Notes: a model not told the origin generated them from the sequence alone. 64,000 nt of DNA from Eledone cirrhosa (GCA_964016885.1 CAXHJY010000159.1:1-64000), one strand, 5' to 3'; counted from the first letter of the stretch, positions 33,151 to 47,034 are shown. Program-made: numbers and translations.

Positions 33151-33161
<11 letters not shown>
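32611..33161 (-). mobile_element. Non-coding 317-bp HHR-containing unit with direct repeat plus inverted arm, in (TA)n
   Basis: Direct repeat 32611-32682 = 32928-32999; inverted repeat 32654-32815 vs 33000-33161. Decayed HHR at 32778-32822 (minus): TTGATAA-GCTT..AAGC-GAAA-CAAGGCCTTG-TC. Confidence 0.82.
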
Positions 33162-33220
<59 letters not shown>

Positions 33221-34508
33221 TAAAGGAATGAAAATTCCTATGTATTCGTATGGTACAATTTATGAAACACTATGGTTGTGAATAAAGTTTCAGAGTTCGC
33301 AATGTCATATCCTTGTGCAAAATAGTTAGCACTAAAAGTTTAGTTCCACATAATAAAGTACCTTACTTTATATATTATAGAAAAGAGTTTCTCTTACTCA
33401 CTACCGACTTAGATTCCACGCATCTTCATTAATCCTTCATTTATCATATGTAGCACTGACATTAACTCTGTGTTCAATGGTCGTTACAATTAACTTTCTA
33501 AGAGATTGATAACATTTAAACTGGATACAGGAAATGTTTCTGCTACGAAACTAAATAACATGACTACAGCTATTTGTCATGGTTTTCAACGGAACTTCTT
33601 TTTGAACAGTCATTAAAACAAATTGAGCTTAACGTAAATATGTTTTAAAAGCTTTGGTATTAACCAGGCTTCTTTCTAATCTCATTGAAAAACAGTTTCA
33701 AAATTATCTTAATTTATTTTTAGAAATGGCTTTTTCTTTTAAAAACTCTTTAAATGTTCCTTGTTGTTATACGAATTATCAATTATTTTATGACACAAAT
33801 GTAATTTAAATGCTTGACTACTAATGTAAAAAGTTCTTTGAACCCTTGATTCATTCAGAACATTTATTAATATTAAATACCCGTAATTAGTCCAAGAATA
33901 TTTCCTTTGTTGCATCATTAAACTCTAAAAAATAAAATAATACTGCCTCTTCGTCAGCAACACTAGACCAAATATCAATCAATATCGAACCAGCTGTCAT
34001 TACCAAGATTGTATTAGATTAAACATAATAAAAACTATCAGACCAACTGTTTGCCGGTCAAACTTCTTACTCTCTTAAATTGGTGCTTTTCTATTGAAAA
34101 CTAAGTTATTAATTTATTATTCTTATATGGCTGTGTTCTTTTAACCACAGTTCAACTCTGCTTAAGTACACCTTTCATTAAAGATGTTTTATCAGTAACC
34201 ATACCGTTCTTTTCTCAGATACGATGCTCCAAGGAATATACTATCTAATGCGTTCTTCTTTTTATGAGATTATAAGGTGTTATTCGATGAAGATTGACTT
34301 GATATTTCTTCCAGAACTTGCGAGCATCAGTATTATTTTTAGTCCATGCGGAATATCTAAATACAGTGTTCTATAGTTGCCTCAGAAACCCTTTTTTTTT
34401 ACCAATTATCTCAATATCTTTACTCTGTAGTATATAGTGTCCACGAATCTTCACGTTTTTGTTGCTTATTTCACTCCTACACAAACATACACACACACAC
34501 ATATATAT

Positions 34509-34556
<48 letters not shown>

Positions 34557-34599
34557 ACATACACATATATATATATATGTGTTAATGTGTATATACTCA

Positions 34600-34638
<39 letters not shown>

Positions 34639-34890
34639 TATATTGAGTATATGTTCGTTGTTTGCCGACACCTCAGTATGATTCCAGTTCCTAAGAGAGA
34701 TAACAACACTACCAGGAGTTGGACATATCGATGGATTGACGGAGTAAAACACACTTCAACAACATGTGTACCTGCCCTTCCCACACCAATTCAGAATGCC
34801 TGAAGAGGTCACAGCCAATGATGGCTGTCACTCGTATATCTATAATTAATTTGTAATAAGCGAAGCCAAATTTTACATATTTGACTTGAT

Positions 34891-35041
<151 letters not shown>

Positions 35042-35500
35042 GAAAATAAGAAACAGTAGAAAAATGCTAATAGAATTTTTACTGTTTCTTATTTTCTTAA
35101 TATATATCAACTCGTGTGTCACTTCTCAACATTCTCATATATATATGTATATATATATATATGAAAAAGTGAGTCCTTCATCAGTGACCCTCCAACCGTC
35201 CTCGGCATTTCATCGCTTTAAGGGCCATATGCCTCAGGTTGGTGCGAACAACGGCTAAAAAAAGTCGTTGGGACACGTAAATAAAGGGGGACGCTAGAGT
35301 AACAACAAAAGGGTTTAAGCAACGGAAAGTGAGTAGAAATAGACAAGTCCCAGATCTCTATGAATATAAACTCTGTGAAATCGTGAACAAGAGACGAAAG
35401 ACCATCGAACCTGGTAGAAATGTGAGCAAGGAAAGAATTTCGCCCAAGTTTGACGGGGGGGAAAAAGGAGAGAGAGAGAGAAAGAAAAAGGAGAGAAGAG

Positions 35501-35766
35501 GAAGAAGAAGAAGAAGAAGAAGAAGAAGAAGAAGAAGAAGAAGAAGAAGAAGAAGAAGAAGAAGAAGAAGAAGAAGAAGAAGAAGAAGAAGAAGAAGAAG
35601 AAGAAGAAGAAGAAGAAGAAGAAGAAGAAGAAGAAGAAGAAGAAGAAGAAGAAGAAGAAGAAGAAGAAGAAGAAGAAGAAGAAGAAGAAGAAGAAGAAGA
35701 AGAAGAAGAAGAAGAAGAAGAAGAAGAAGAAGAAGAAGAAGAAGAAGAAGAAGAAGAAGAAGAAGA
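35501..35766 (+). repeat. Pure (GAA)n tract, about 88 units
   Basis: Direct reading of the sequence. Confidence 0.98.
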
Positions 35767-36026
35767 TAAGGTGGTCTGGTCTGCGAATTCGGTAAACGCA
35801 AGTTTTGTGAAGTCGCAGACGAAAGAGAGAGAGAAAAAAAAATTCATACCAGCTCGGTCAAGACTGCGCGAGAAAAGAATTACACACAGGTCAAACTTGA
35901 AGGAGGAGGAGGAAAGAGGAGGAGGAGAGGTAGTGACAGAGAATGAGTGAGTGAAAGTTGAGGAGAGGGTAACAGCTAGAAGTGGTAAAGATACAAGGAA
36001 CGAAACAGACAGGCAGCATGGAAAAG

Positions 36027-36080
<54 letters not shown>

Positions 36081-36081
36081 A

Positions 36082-36112
<31 letters not shown>

Positions 36113-36284
36113 TTATAAAAATAACAGATTAAAGTTTAAGCAAAGAATCGCTGCTTTCACCCTTAACGGATCTTCTGAAACATATATATAATGATCAAAA
36201 GTTTAACAAGGTTCATTTATTAATCAATGAATAAAGTTTTACAATAGATTAGAAGCACTCAACAAAGAGGTTTCCTGGAGTTAT

Positions 36285-36575
36285 TAATATTACTTCAAAA
36301 TATTAATAAATATAGACATTCATATAATCAAATATATTTTATTATACATATTTCAGAGGTACTGAGCTATTTCATCAGTACGTCCTCATTAGATAAAATA
36401 AATTGATGTCTGACTGGAATTGAACCATCAGCACAGTTGAGGTATGTCAAACATCAATTTATTTTATCTGATGAGGACGTACTGATGAAATAGCTCAGTA
36501 CCACTGAAATATGTATAATAAAATATATTTGATCACATGAATGTCTATATTTATTAATATTTTGAAGTAATATTA
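36285..36575. repeat. 130-bp inverted repeat of an HHR-bearing pLTR end (36285-36414 vs 36446-36575)
   Basis: Near-identical reverse-complement arms; the left copy has the core mutated to CTAATGA. Confidence 0.88.
36460..36525 (+). ncRNA. Type I hammerhead ribozyme, intact core
   Basis: TATTTTAT-CTGATGA-ggac-GTACTGA..TCAGTAC-cact-GAAA-TATGTA-TA-ATAAAATA. Confidence 0.85.
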
Positions 36576-36967
36576 TATATATATATATATATATGCTGCG
36601 TGGGTTTTTTCTCTGTGTGTATGTGTGTTCGAGTTTGTATAATGTTATCTGAATGTTGGTTATGTGTGTGCGTGTGTAACTGTTATATTGTGTTATATGC
36701 ATGTCTCGTCATTGTTTTGCCCGTGTAACGTTTATTTCTTAAACGATGCGTGTATATAGCAAAGTTTTTGGTGCGCTAATCATGTGTAAATGAGTGCAAG
36801 GAATATGTGCTAATGCGTAGATTATTCATATGGGTGTCTGTATGCTTTTATTTGTAGTGTATGTGCGTGTGTGCATGTGTGTCTGTGTGCGTGGGGGGGG
36901 GGGGGGGGGGCGTAAGCGTGCCCTGTGTTTTTGTATTTATATATACGTGCATTATGTATTTATGTAT

Positions 36968-37156
36968 GACGGTGGATTGGCAGTATCGGTAGAGGGTCGG
37001 ACGCCATGCTTTCCAGCATAGTTACGTCCCTTTACGATCTGAGTTCAAATCCCGCCGAGGTTGACTTTGCCTTTCATCCTTACGGGGTCGATAAAATAAA
37101 GTACCAGTAATGCACTGGGTAATTGCTGGCCTTGTGCCTAAAGTAGAAACAATTAT
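36968..37156 (+). mobile_element. SINE family A, full copy with (TATG)n tail
   Basis: Nearly identical to 9431-9617. Confidence 0.9.
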
Positions 37157-37569
37157 GTATGTATGTATGTATGTGTGTATTTGGTTTTGGGGGAGATATT
37201 CATTACCAAAACTACATCACAAAGACTAGGATTCATTTTATAGCCAAGAAATGATTGAGACATGATTAGTTGATGACTTCATACAATCATTCCTCTAGCG
37301 TTTGAGAGGCTGGTGATGCTACACCCGCAAACATCATTGACTGGAGGCAAAAGAAACCATTCTGATGACTGGTATGATTTACTCACCAACACATTTCAAC
37401 AACTAGACTACATCTGCACAATTTCTTCGCTTTGTTTTTTATAGTGCTACTACAACAACCTCTTCTCCTTAGCTAACTATCCTAAGCTAGCTATCAGCAA
37501 GCCCTCTCCTACATTTTCTCTTTCCGTCGCCCCTATCAAGTTTCATCTCTGAATCGTTTTCCCCTCCTT

Positions 37570-37765
37570 ATAAATCATTATTGATGATTTTGATGAAAAT
37601 ACCATGATTCGTAAAATGTTTAGTGAAATAAAACCTAACAACCTAACGACTGAAGACAGAATAAGACACACCAGGAGACAAAAGACAGATACAAACAGTG
37701 CAGTATACAACACCCCCACCCCACCGCCATACATACGACAAACATACACATGCCAAAGACAGACA

Positions 37766-37841
<76 letters not shown>

Positions 37842-37975
37842 TGCATCGCAGACAAGAAAAAAACCATAGAGTAAACGGTTTAATATCAATAAAGAGACAC
37901 AGAGAAGAACAAATGTCATTGAGGAGGTCACGGAATGTGATACGAAAGAGTTTTGACGAACTAACCAATAACTAA
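37570..37975 (+). mobile_element. PLE 3' end/pLTR with decayed HHR (37915-37957)
   Basis: GTCA-TTGAGGA-g-GTCAC..GTGAT-ac-GAAA-GAGTTT-TGAC; same type as the HHR at 48608-48650. Confidence 0.65.
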
Positions 37976-38254
37976 TAATAAAGCTGGAGGGAAATTTGAA
38001 TAGTGCGTGAGCTTTTCTTGACAAAATTGGCAAACTGACCATCCCCAAATATAACAATATGAAATAAAACCGCTCAAAAGTTAATAAAATATATTTGAAG
38101 GTAGGGCAATGAAAAAATGTGGATTTGCGTTGTATGTACACGGTTTTAGAAGTAGAAACGATTCATCGTTTTCGGTAAATACTCATCCATCCTATCTCTG
38201 CATTAGTAAAAAAGGCAAACTATCAATAAAACTACAATTTTTAAAGGCCCCACT

Positions 38255-38557
38255 CGGTTTTGCACCTAGAAAGTTTCCTTCCGAGGCACAAGGCTGGGCA
38301 AGGTTTGTTTTGTGGAAGACCAGTAGTCACCCGTGCATGCCAGTCTCCACGCCACCGATGTTGTCAAAGGGAAAGGCAATGACCGATACAGCTTGGCACC
38401 AGTGACGTCGCAACTCTTTTCAACATGTGAGTAAACTGGAGCAACGTGAAATAAAGTATCTTGCTCAAAGATACAACGCATCACCCGGTCCGAGAATCGA
38501 ATTCACAACCTCTCAATTGCAAGCCCAATGCTCTAACCACTAAGTCATGCGCCTTCA
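38255..38557 (-). mobile_element. CORE-type SINE family B
   Basis: Reverse complement of the 23436 family. Confidence 0.85.
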
Positions 38558-38699
38558 TAATAAAACTACAATATCATAAATAAACAACAATTAAGTTAGT
38601 GTTAACATATTTAATTAAAAGGCTAACTAGAAATATAGTTATCAATCTCAACACCATCCAACGTTAATCTTATACATTTATTCAACAATTCTGTCATCT

Positions 38700-40396
38700 C
38701 TTCACTTTTTTACTCATGGACCCCTCTGATTCCTATTTTACTTGTGGACCCCAATAGCCATATATTGCGTGTTGTAGAAGTATATAACCAATTTAACTTT
38801 AACACGTAACTAAATTCTAAGGGAAATGAATGTTCACTAGTAAACTAAGTCATAAATATGCAAAGACATATTTACTTTAACAAGACACTACTTTAGTACT
38901 ACCTTGTTCAATGCGAATCTTATAGTTGATGCTACCCTGTTAGTTTTGTAATACTTCCAACGTTGACAATGATAATCGAAAATCACCTCGTTGTAGAATG
39001 TCGAGTTTTACGAGCTTATGAGAGTAAGATAGAGACACTGCTGAAACCAAATTCAACAAGGTAAGATTAATGAAATGCAGTAATGTAAAATGTTTTGCAG
39101 CGTCATTACTTTTCCATTCATTATGCTTCCAATATTTAAATCTTGCTTCAAATAGTTCATCCGTCTTCAATTAAATGGGATTCTCCTGCAAACAGTTATC
39201 TATATTATCTTCAAAAGTGTCAGCCAACATAGTGTATCTAACTTAAGTAGGTCGCTAAACCAAGCTTGTATATCACAGTGCAAGTTTTCTAAATGTTCCA
39301 CATACAATAGAAGGTCACCATCGTGCACATTTCTGCTAATTGATTCCAAACTAGGAAATTGTAATAGTGTTCGGCGTATGATATTCATTTTATAGAACTG
39401 TACTTCCCCAAGAAAAGTAGTAATAGCTCTTTTGGAGGATAGTAGATCAGAGTTTCCTCCTTAAAGCAGTTCAATAATTAAATGTATTAAAAATGTAAAA
39501 TACATCACATTTAGCTGCAACTATTTGTTCTCCGAGATGATTGTTAATCAGAAATAAGACGATAGAGTCCCAAAGTATAAGTATAACAAAACGATGTAGA
39601 CAATTACCTATGGATAACCATTCCATTTCTGTATGAATTACAAGGCGTTCAAACTCTTCTCCATCTTTATTACAGAATTCATGAAATATGCAATTTCCTA
39701 AACAATTAAACTCAATATGGTTAACCTCTTTTATTACAATATTAAGGACATCGTGCAGACTAATTATTGCCGCTGTATCACACAATATTTGCAAAATACT
39801 TCAGGCACGGCAGTTTTTTAAATGCACAATAAAATCTCTGCATCTGCCTATCATCGATGGAGCAGCATTGTTAGCTCAAGTCTATATTTTTTAGTGGAAT
39901 ATTATTTTCCTCAAAATAAATGACTTCTTGGAAAATTGTTCCGCTTTTAGTGCTTGTTTTAAGACTGCTAGCAAAAAGCATTTTCTTTCTGAGTCTATTA
40001 TCATCGAAAAATCGAACATACGCCAATATAATAGCTTCATTATTTCGAGGGCAGATTCATCAAGCCGAACGGCAAATTTCTTTGCTCAAACTTTGGCTAC
40101 TATTTGCTTTCCTACACCCTCAGTCATCAATACACCGCAACACTGATGAATTGCTTGAAGGAATGATACTAATAATTTCACTTGCATCTGTTTCACAACT
40201 TGTGGAATTATAACAGATATTGTTGGCAAAATTAGTTTCACTAATATTATTGAGTTTTCTAGTTTTGCAATTATCTTACAAAATTCATAAGATGCCATTA
40301 AACTATAATCCTTTTTACATGTATCTTCTTCTTCTTCTTCTTCTTCTTCTTCTTCTTCTTCTTCTTCTTCTTCTTCTTCTTCTTCTTCTTCTTCTT

Positions 40397-40427
<31 letters not shown>

Positions 40428-41350
40428 TTCGCTCACTTATTCTCGGGAAGTTCGTGGGGACAAAATCCAGAAGCACGCCTTCCAGTGGGCTCTCTCAGTA
40501 ACAATTGTCTCCAACTGATCCGGCTGAATCCCCAAGCAAGACCAGCTGAGCTCATGGATGTTATCCAACCATCTTGCTTATGGTCTAGCCCTGGGTCTCC
40601 TGCCGGTTGGTTTTGCTTGTAAAATCTGTCCAGTGATTCTTCCTTGGGAATTCTAACCATATATCTGTAGTATCGGAGCTGTACTCTCTCAAATCGGAGA
40701 AGTAGTGGCTCTACCTGGAGTGACTCTCTGATCTCTGAGTCACGCACTGTATCGAGTAACATTACTCCAAAGAACCTTCAAGGGAACCCCATTTCGGCCG
40801 CTTGTATTCGCGATCGTATTCTTTCGGTCATTACCCAAGATTCATGAACATAGGTAAATGTAGATACAAACACCGAATTGAAGATAGTGAATTTGGATTT
40901 TACACCTACCTCCTTTTTTCTGATGACCGAATGCTGATGCTGGCGTATCACTGAACCAGCTCTTGTATTTAATTTACCCTCCTGCCTTCCATCAAGCGTG
41001 AAAACGGCCCTGAGATACTTGAACTTCTCCACCTGCTTGAATGTAACTCCATTCGTATGTAGGGTATAATGTACTGCTCTGATTTCCATGAGAAGACGAG
41101 TTTCTCAGTCTTCCCAGTTCTGATTTTCTTTCCAGTCGTGCAGCACTCGGTAGCAAACCAATCAATTTTATTTCATCACCACATACATAATTATTTCATA
41201 ACTGATTTACAGTTTTTCTTGCTTGAAATATATCGCATAGTTTTCATGAGTATTCTACTGAATTGTTCTTTTCTGTGCTTCTTCGTGCTATCATTGGATA
41301 GTATATCTATACATTGGTTTGCTTCATTCTGTGGGTTATTTCTCTAACGC
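38700..41350 (-). mobile_element. Decayed hAT (Charlie/Buster-like) transposon interrupted by an RTE fragment
   Basis: ORF fragments LHDVLNIVIKEVNHI...LVIHTEMEWLSIGNCLHRF and RGDFRLSLS. Boundaries approximate. Confidence 0.75.
40324..41075 (-). mobile_element. 5'-truncated RTE-clade LINE with (GAA)n tail
   Basis: FKQVEKFKYL...YVHESWVMTERIRSRIQAAEMGF and VRDSEIRESLQVEPLLLR; (TTC)n at 40324-40426 lies at its 3' end. Confidence 0.85.
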
Positions 41351-41552
41351 TTGAATGTAAATTCTTTCATGTCTGCCTTTAATTAAGTAAGTAAATAGTG
41401 CAGTGATATTTGTATTATTTCAAATTTATTTATTCGGGTATTTCATCTTTTGTGTCTTTAGCTTTTATTATTTTTTTTTCTTCGGAACATTTTATCATTT
41501 TGATTAAAAATTAATTCAATTTTAAACTTAAATCTTTAAGTTATCAATAATT

Positions 41553-41768
41553 ATTTCTAATATAGGCACAAGGCCAGTCATTTTGGGGAGGGGAAAGTCG
41601 ATTAAATCTACTCCAGTGCATTACTGGTACTTTATTTTAACGACGCCATAAGGATGAAGGGCAAAGCTAACATCGGCAGGGTTTGAACTCAAATCATAAA
41701 GGGCCGTAACTCTATGCCATGATGCATATTGTCCGACGTTCCACCGATACTGCCAATCCACCGCCCTA
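41553..41768 (-). mobile_element. SINE family A
   Basis: Reverse complement of the family A head and body. Confidence 0.82.
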
Positions 41769-42610
41769 ATATAAGATCTCCACCGTCTCTAATACCTCCC
41801 ACTTGGCCACCGAGTCGGCTACTAATATTAAGTATAATGACTAAGAACGCTTATTAAGATAAGGTATGTCATATTTGTGCACTTTCCCTTATATTTGTTT
41901 TATTTTACCATATTTCCTATGGCTCGTCTGACTAAGAAGAGATGCCGACAGTATTCCGTTGAATGTCTATCTTATGGTTTTATTCCATCACCACAGAATT
42001 AAGCGAAACAACTAGGCTTCTTTTTCTAGCGCTTAAGATAGTTTTTTGTAATAAATAGTCTAAAACAAAGGTTCTCAACCCATTTCGGCCAAACGCCTCA
42101 TTTTGCCCCTCGAAATCACGAAACTCCCCCCCCCCCCCCACCTTATTTTTCCATTTTTCAATATACTATTGATTTTGATATCAGTAGATTACTGGGCAAA
42201 ATCAAGTTATGTTAGAATCTTTAAAAAATACTCGTACGAATTAAATACAAAAAAGTTTCAGTCCTAAACAAAAGCAAGTTATTTCAAATTACATATTTTT
42301 GAAAAATAGACGTGTATGTTCTCAAAGATTTGATCTCAGTCGAAAAAGCTTCTTTCTTTTTTAATTCTATATTTCACTGTTAGCTGTTGTAATATTTTGA
42401 GTGGATAGACAATTCTACAATTCAAACTGTAAAGTCAAAATACAAAAGATGCAAAATATGAAGAATTTCTTATCTTTCTCTGAAATCACAAACTCGGGGG
42501 AAAAATAGTACCTTGCATAATAAAATACTTCGTAGCAACGAATGAATTGAGAAGCTTGGTGACAGTAAAAAAGCAATGTTTGTATCCCTTCTATATATAT
42601 ACATAGATAG

Positions 42611-42643
<33 letters not shown>

Positions 42644-42780
42644 TAAACGTGCACGCACACGCACACACGCACACACACACACACACACACAAACTTGTGT
42701 GTGTGTGTGCCTCGGTTTTGGTACAGTTTTTATTGCCAGGTCAAAGGCCACTGCTCTTTTCAACAACGCCAAATAACAAG

Positions 42781-42824
<44 letters not shown>

Positions 42825-42959
42825 CAAAGGGATATTTAATTTGTTGGTAATTCAACAAATATATATATATTTATAACTGATTCGAAGCACTCAACAAGTT
42901 TTCTGGAGTATAATATCAATGATATTAATAAATGGAAACTATATTTATAAAACCATATT

Positions 42960-43020
42960 TATTCTATTATATATATTTCAAGGGTACCAAAACTTTGGTA
43001 CGCTCTCATCAGATAAAATA
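42960..43020 (-). ncRNA. Type I hammerhead ribozyme, intact core
   Basis: TATTTTAT-CTGATGA-gagc-GTACCAAA-gt-TTTGGTAC-cctt-GAAA-TATATA-TA-ATAGAATA. A short inverted duplicate (42922-42953 vs 43029-43062) surrounds it. Confidence 0.85.
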
Positions 43021-43232
43021 CAAAGTTTGTTTTATAAATATAGTTTCCATTTATTAATATCATATATATATATAGTATTAAGGATACTATTTATGGTTAT
43101 GTATATACTAAAACGTTTTATAGTTATATATATTTTAAACCCTAAACAGTGAAAGACAGTAATTTATTACTACCTTATTACCAGTAAGATAAATAGCTCA
43201 ATGTAATAACATCAGTTGTTCTACAGAGCAGT

Positions 43233-46200
43233 TATATAGAATACACAGAAATCAAAGATATGTTCAAACCATTTATTAGCTTACAATTGTTTCGTCCAAA
43301 CCGAGGTTTGGAGTCTTCGGACCATTTTTTCAATGTTTGTATACATACGTGACCTCCTTTCCAATGCAAGAGACATACAGATACATATGTATATATTGAT
43401 GCACAGTGGGTTGACAAATATTATATTATTTCTGAATGGCAATTTAAATTCAAAAATTAAAATCATATTAAAACAGAATCAAAGCAAAATTAAAATTAAA
43501 ATACAACATCGGCAGTTAACGTAGATAATGCAAGAGGATAGTTTGTTAGTCAGTTGTAGTAGTTATTGTATGCATTAGTTACACGTGGGGCATGCACGTG
43601 TGTCTTGTTTATAAATGATTATTGTGCAGCAGGGTGTTATATGCAATACAAGCACTTTAAGCGGGTAATCAAGAGTATTATGGAGGTTGTAGTGTTAAGG
43701 TATTTTTTGTGTATGTTAAAGGAGCTTGTGTGCAGAGAGATAGTATAAATGAGAAGCAAAATAATGTTATGGTTTTTGTATACACCACCATTTTCACAAT
43801 TCAGGAGACGTAATATATAGTTTATATCTCCTTCACATAATTAACGATGACTCCGTATTGGATGTTTGATGTATTAAGTTAAATTATTATAGCTTGTTGC
43901 GGCTCAGTGTTCTTTAATCCAATTTAATAGGATATATACTCAAGCATATATACACCATTCCATAAACCTAACGAAAAACTGATTTACGTAGATACCAAGT
44001 CTAATAACCCTAGATCAATATTAAACTCTATCTCTAAGGGAGTATCCAATAGAATCTCTAATCTATCCTATGACGTAAACATATTTAGCAAAAACTCACA
44101 ATATTATAATCAGGCATTAGCTAGATCAGGCCACAATAAAGAGATCGAGTTCCTACCTACAAAAACACATAGCTACAACATTATTTCGCACAATATGTCC
44201 ATGAGGAAAAATAGTAATAAGAATAACAAACACACACACACTAATATGAAGGATGCCAACAAACGTAACCCACACCACAGAAGTCACCATAATACCATAA
44301 ACGGAAACAACTCAACAGACATAAAAAAACAAAAATAGAAGAAGAAATAATACATTCTTCAACCCTCCTTTCAATCTAAACGTCTCTACCAACCTACCTA
44401 AGGCTTTCTTCTCACTCCTAGATAAAAACTTCCCATCTGGCCACAAGTACCATAGCCTTTTAAACAAAAACACAATTAAAATCTCCTACTCTACCACGCC
44501 TAACATATCATACCACATAGCTAGTAGCAATAAAAGAAAAATTAATTCTTACTTCCAACAAACTAAATCACAACAGGGAGTAAACCTTCAAAATAACATT
44601 ATATCAACTAACCCTAATAACAATAGTAATAATAGTAATAGCACTAATGTAAGCAATAACGCTGAGAGCGACAACCCCCATAACCATAATGCAACAGCTA
44701 CCATCCAGACTTCTACACAACATAGTAACCGACAGGCTAACATCCAAAATAATTGTAACTGTAGATCTAATAGAACCTGCTCTTTAGATAAAAAATGCTT
44801 AATCAAGGATATCATATACTCATGCACCGTCACAGCTACCAACTCTTCTGAAACCTATATAGGCTCTACTTCAAACTGCTTCAAAACCAGATACAATTCG
44901 CATCTCCATTCTTTCAAAAAACAGTCTAGCCAACTCCACTTCACTATCTAGCTACATACACTATCTAAAAACTAAAAATAGATCTTATACACTATGGAGT
45001 GATATCATTAGATAAATAGAGCATTAATTTATTAACATAAAAGAGGTATATAACCTATATGTTGAGTACAATGAATTATGTACAAGTGGTATGTGAGTTA
45101 TACATACATGTATAACTTGATAGATAGATTAATGGCATTGTAAGTGAGAAATGTTTTTTAGTCTACCCTAGAGATATTTAACTTTGCCATGCAATCAGCC
45201 ATATGCTGACCCAGAGCTTACCAGGGGTTATATAGACGTGGTTCTAATAGGGCCCCTGACAGGTTCTGTGAGTAGACTACATTTACAAAGAACTTTGATA
45301 TGCAAATCTGACTCTTCGTATGGAATATTCAGTTGTAGCACTCTATGATGGAGTGATCATCCTAATATAGATACCTTTAGTACTTCATGATAGAGTAGAC
45401 TGTAATTTAAGATAAGATACTTAAATTTGGAAACTGTATATAACCGTATATATAAGGGACTCAATTGAGACACCTTTTAAGGTATGTTGGAATAATAAAT
45501 TTAGTTATAGAAATCAGCTAGTTACCTCCCCTCACGCATTAACTCCTCTTAATCACACACATACTTCCGGATAATAAAACGATGTAAATTCTCGCAACAG
45601 AAACAACCTGCTCTATTAAATTGGATTAAAGAACACTGAGCCGCAACAAGCTATAATAATTTAACTTAATACATCAAACATCCAATACGGAATCATCGTT
45701 AATTATGTGAAGGAGATATAAACTATATATTACGTCTCCTGAATTGTGAAAAAGGTGGTGTATACAAAAACCATAACATTATTTTGCTTCTCATTTATAC
45801 TATCTCTCTGCACACAAGCTCCTTTAACATACACAAAAAATACCTTAACACTACAACCTCCATAATACTCTTGATTACCCGCTTAAAGTGCTTGTATTGC
45901 ATATAACACCGTACTGCACAATAATCATTTATAAACAAGACACACGTGCATGCCCCACGTGTAACTAATGCATACAATAACTACTACAACTGACTAACAA
46001 ACTATCCTCTTACATTATCTACATTAACTGCCGATGTTGTATTTTAATTTTAATTTTGCATTGATTCTGTTTTAATATGATTTTAATTTTTGAATTTAAA
46101 TTGCCATTCAGAAATAATATAATATTTGTCACCCCACTGTGCATCAATATATACATATGTATCTGTATGTCTCTTGCGTTGGAAAGGAGGTCACGTATGT

Positions 46201-46300
46201 ATACAAACATTGAAAAAATGGTCCGAAGACTCCAAACCTCGGTTTGGATGAAACAATTGTAAGCTAATAAATGGTTTAAACATATCTTTGATTCCTGTGT

Positions 46301-46310
<10 letters not shown>
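43233..46310 (+). mobile_element. 5'-truncated Penelope-like element with about 700-bp inverted pLTR
   Basis: Arms 43233-43930 vs 45613-46310. Internal coding relic YTPFHKPNE...FNPPF...CNC...C...C...IIYSC...YIGSTS. HHR-like CCGAAGA..GAAACAATTGTA at 46223-46261, followed by AATAAA. Confidence 0.9.
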
Positions 46311-46346
<36 letters not shown>

Positions 46347-46379
46347 GAGAGAAAGAGGGAGGGACAGAGAGAGTAAGAA

Positions 46380-46465
<86 letters not shown>

Positions 46466-46585
46466 AGTACACGTCTATCTATCTATTTATCTCTCCAACA
46501 GGGGGCTCAAACATGCGGCCCGCGAACAACTTTTCTGTGGCCCGTGGTAGAACCAATATTTCATATTGCATTATAACTGGTGAAA

Positions 46586-46808
46586 ATAAGGCGGTGAGCT
46601 GGTGGAATCGTTAGTACATCTGGCGAAATGCTTAATGGTACTTCTTCCGTTTTTACGTTCTGAGTTCAAATTCCACCGATCTCAACTTTGCCTTTCATCC
46701 TTTTGGGGTCGATGAATTAAGTACCAGTTGTGTACTAGGATCGATGTAATCGACTGAACCCTAAACTCCAAATTTCATGCCTTGTTCCTATAGTAGAAAT
46801 GATTATAA
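46586..46808 (+). mobile_element. SINE family A variant
   Basis: GAGTTCAAATTCC...GCCTTTCATCCTTTTGGGGTCGATGAATTAAGTACCAG. Confidence 0.82.
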
Positions 46809-46921
46809 CTGGTGAAAATCATCACCCACCACCACGTTTGGCCCACTGTGCCTCTCCTCCAGGACATAATGGCTCTTTTGTGTCCTTGAGTTTGAGACCC
46901 CTCTTCTACCCACACACACAC

Positions 46922-47009
<88 letters not shown>

Positions 47010-47034
47010 TTTACTTTTTTTCTGTCTCTGGACT

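Noticed and set aside
35165-35240. CTGATGA and GAAA on the minus strand as a type II hammerhead
   Set aside because: Stems I and III cannot be paired in register.
35218-35950. Poly-S, poly-R, poly-L and poly-E ORFs
   Set aside because: All are frames of a pure (GAA)n tract.
43281-43748. Duplicated short ORFs also present at 45795-46262
   Set aside because: A by-product of the inverted pLTR arms; no protein signature.
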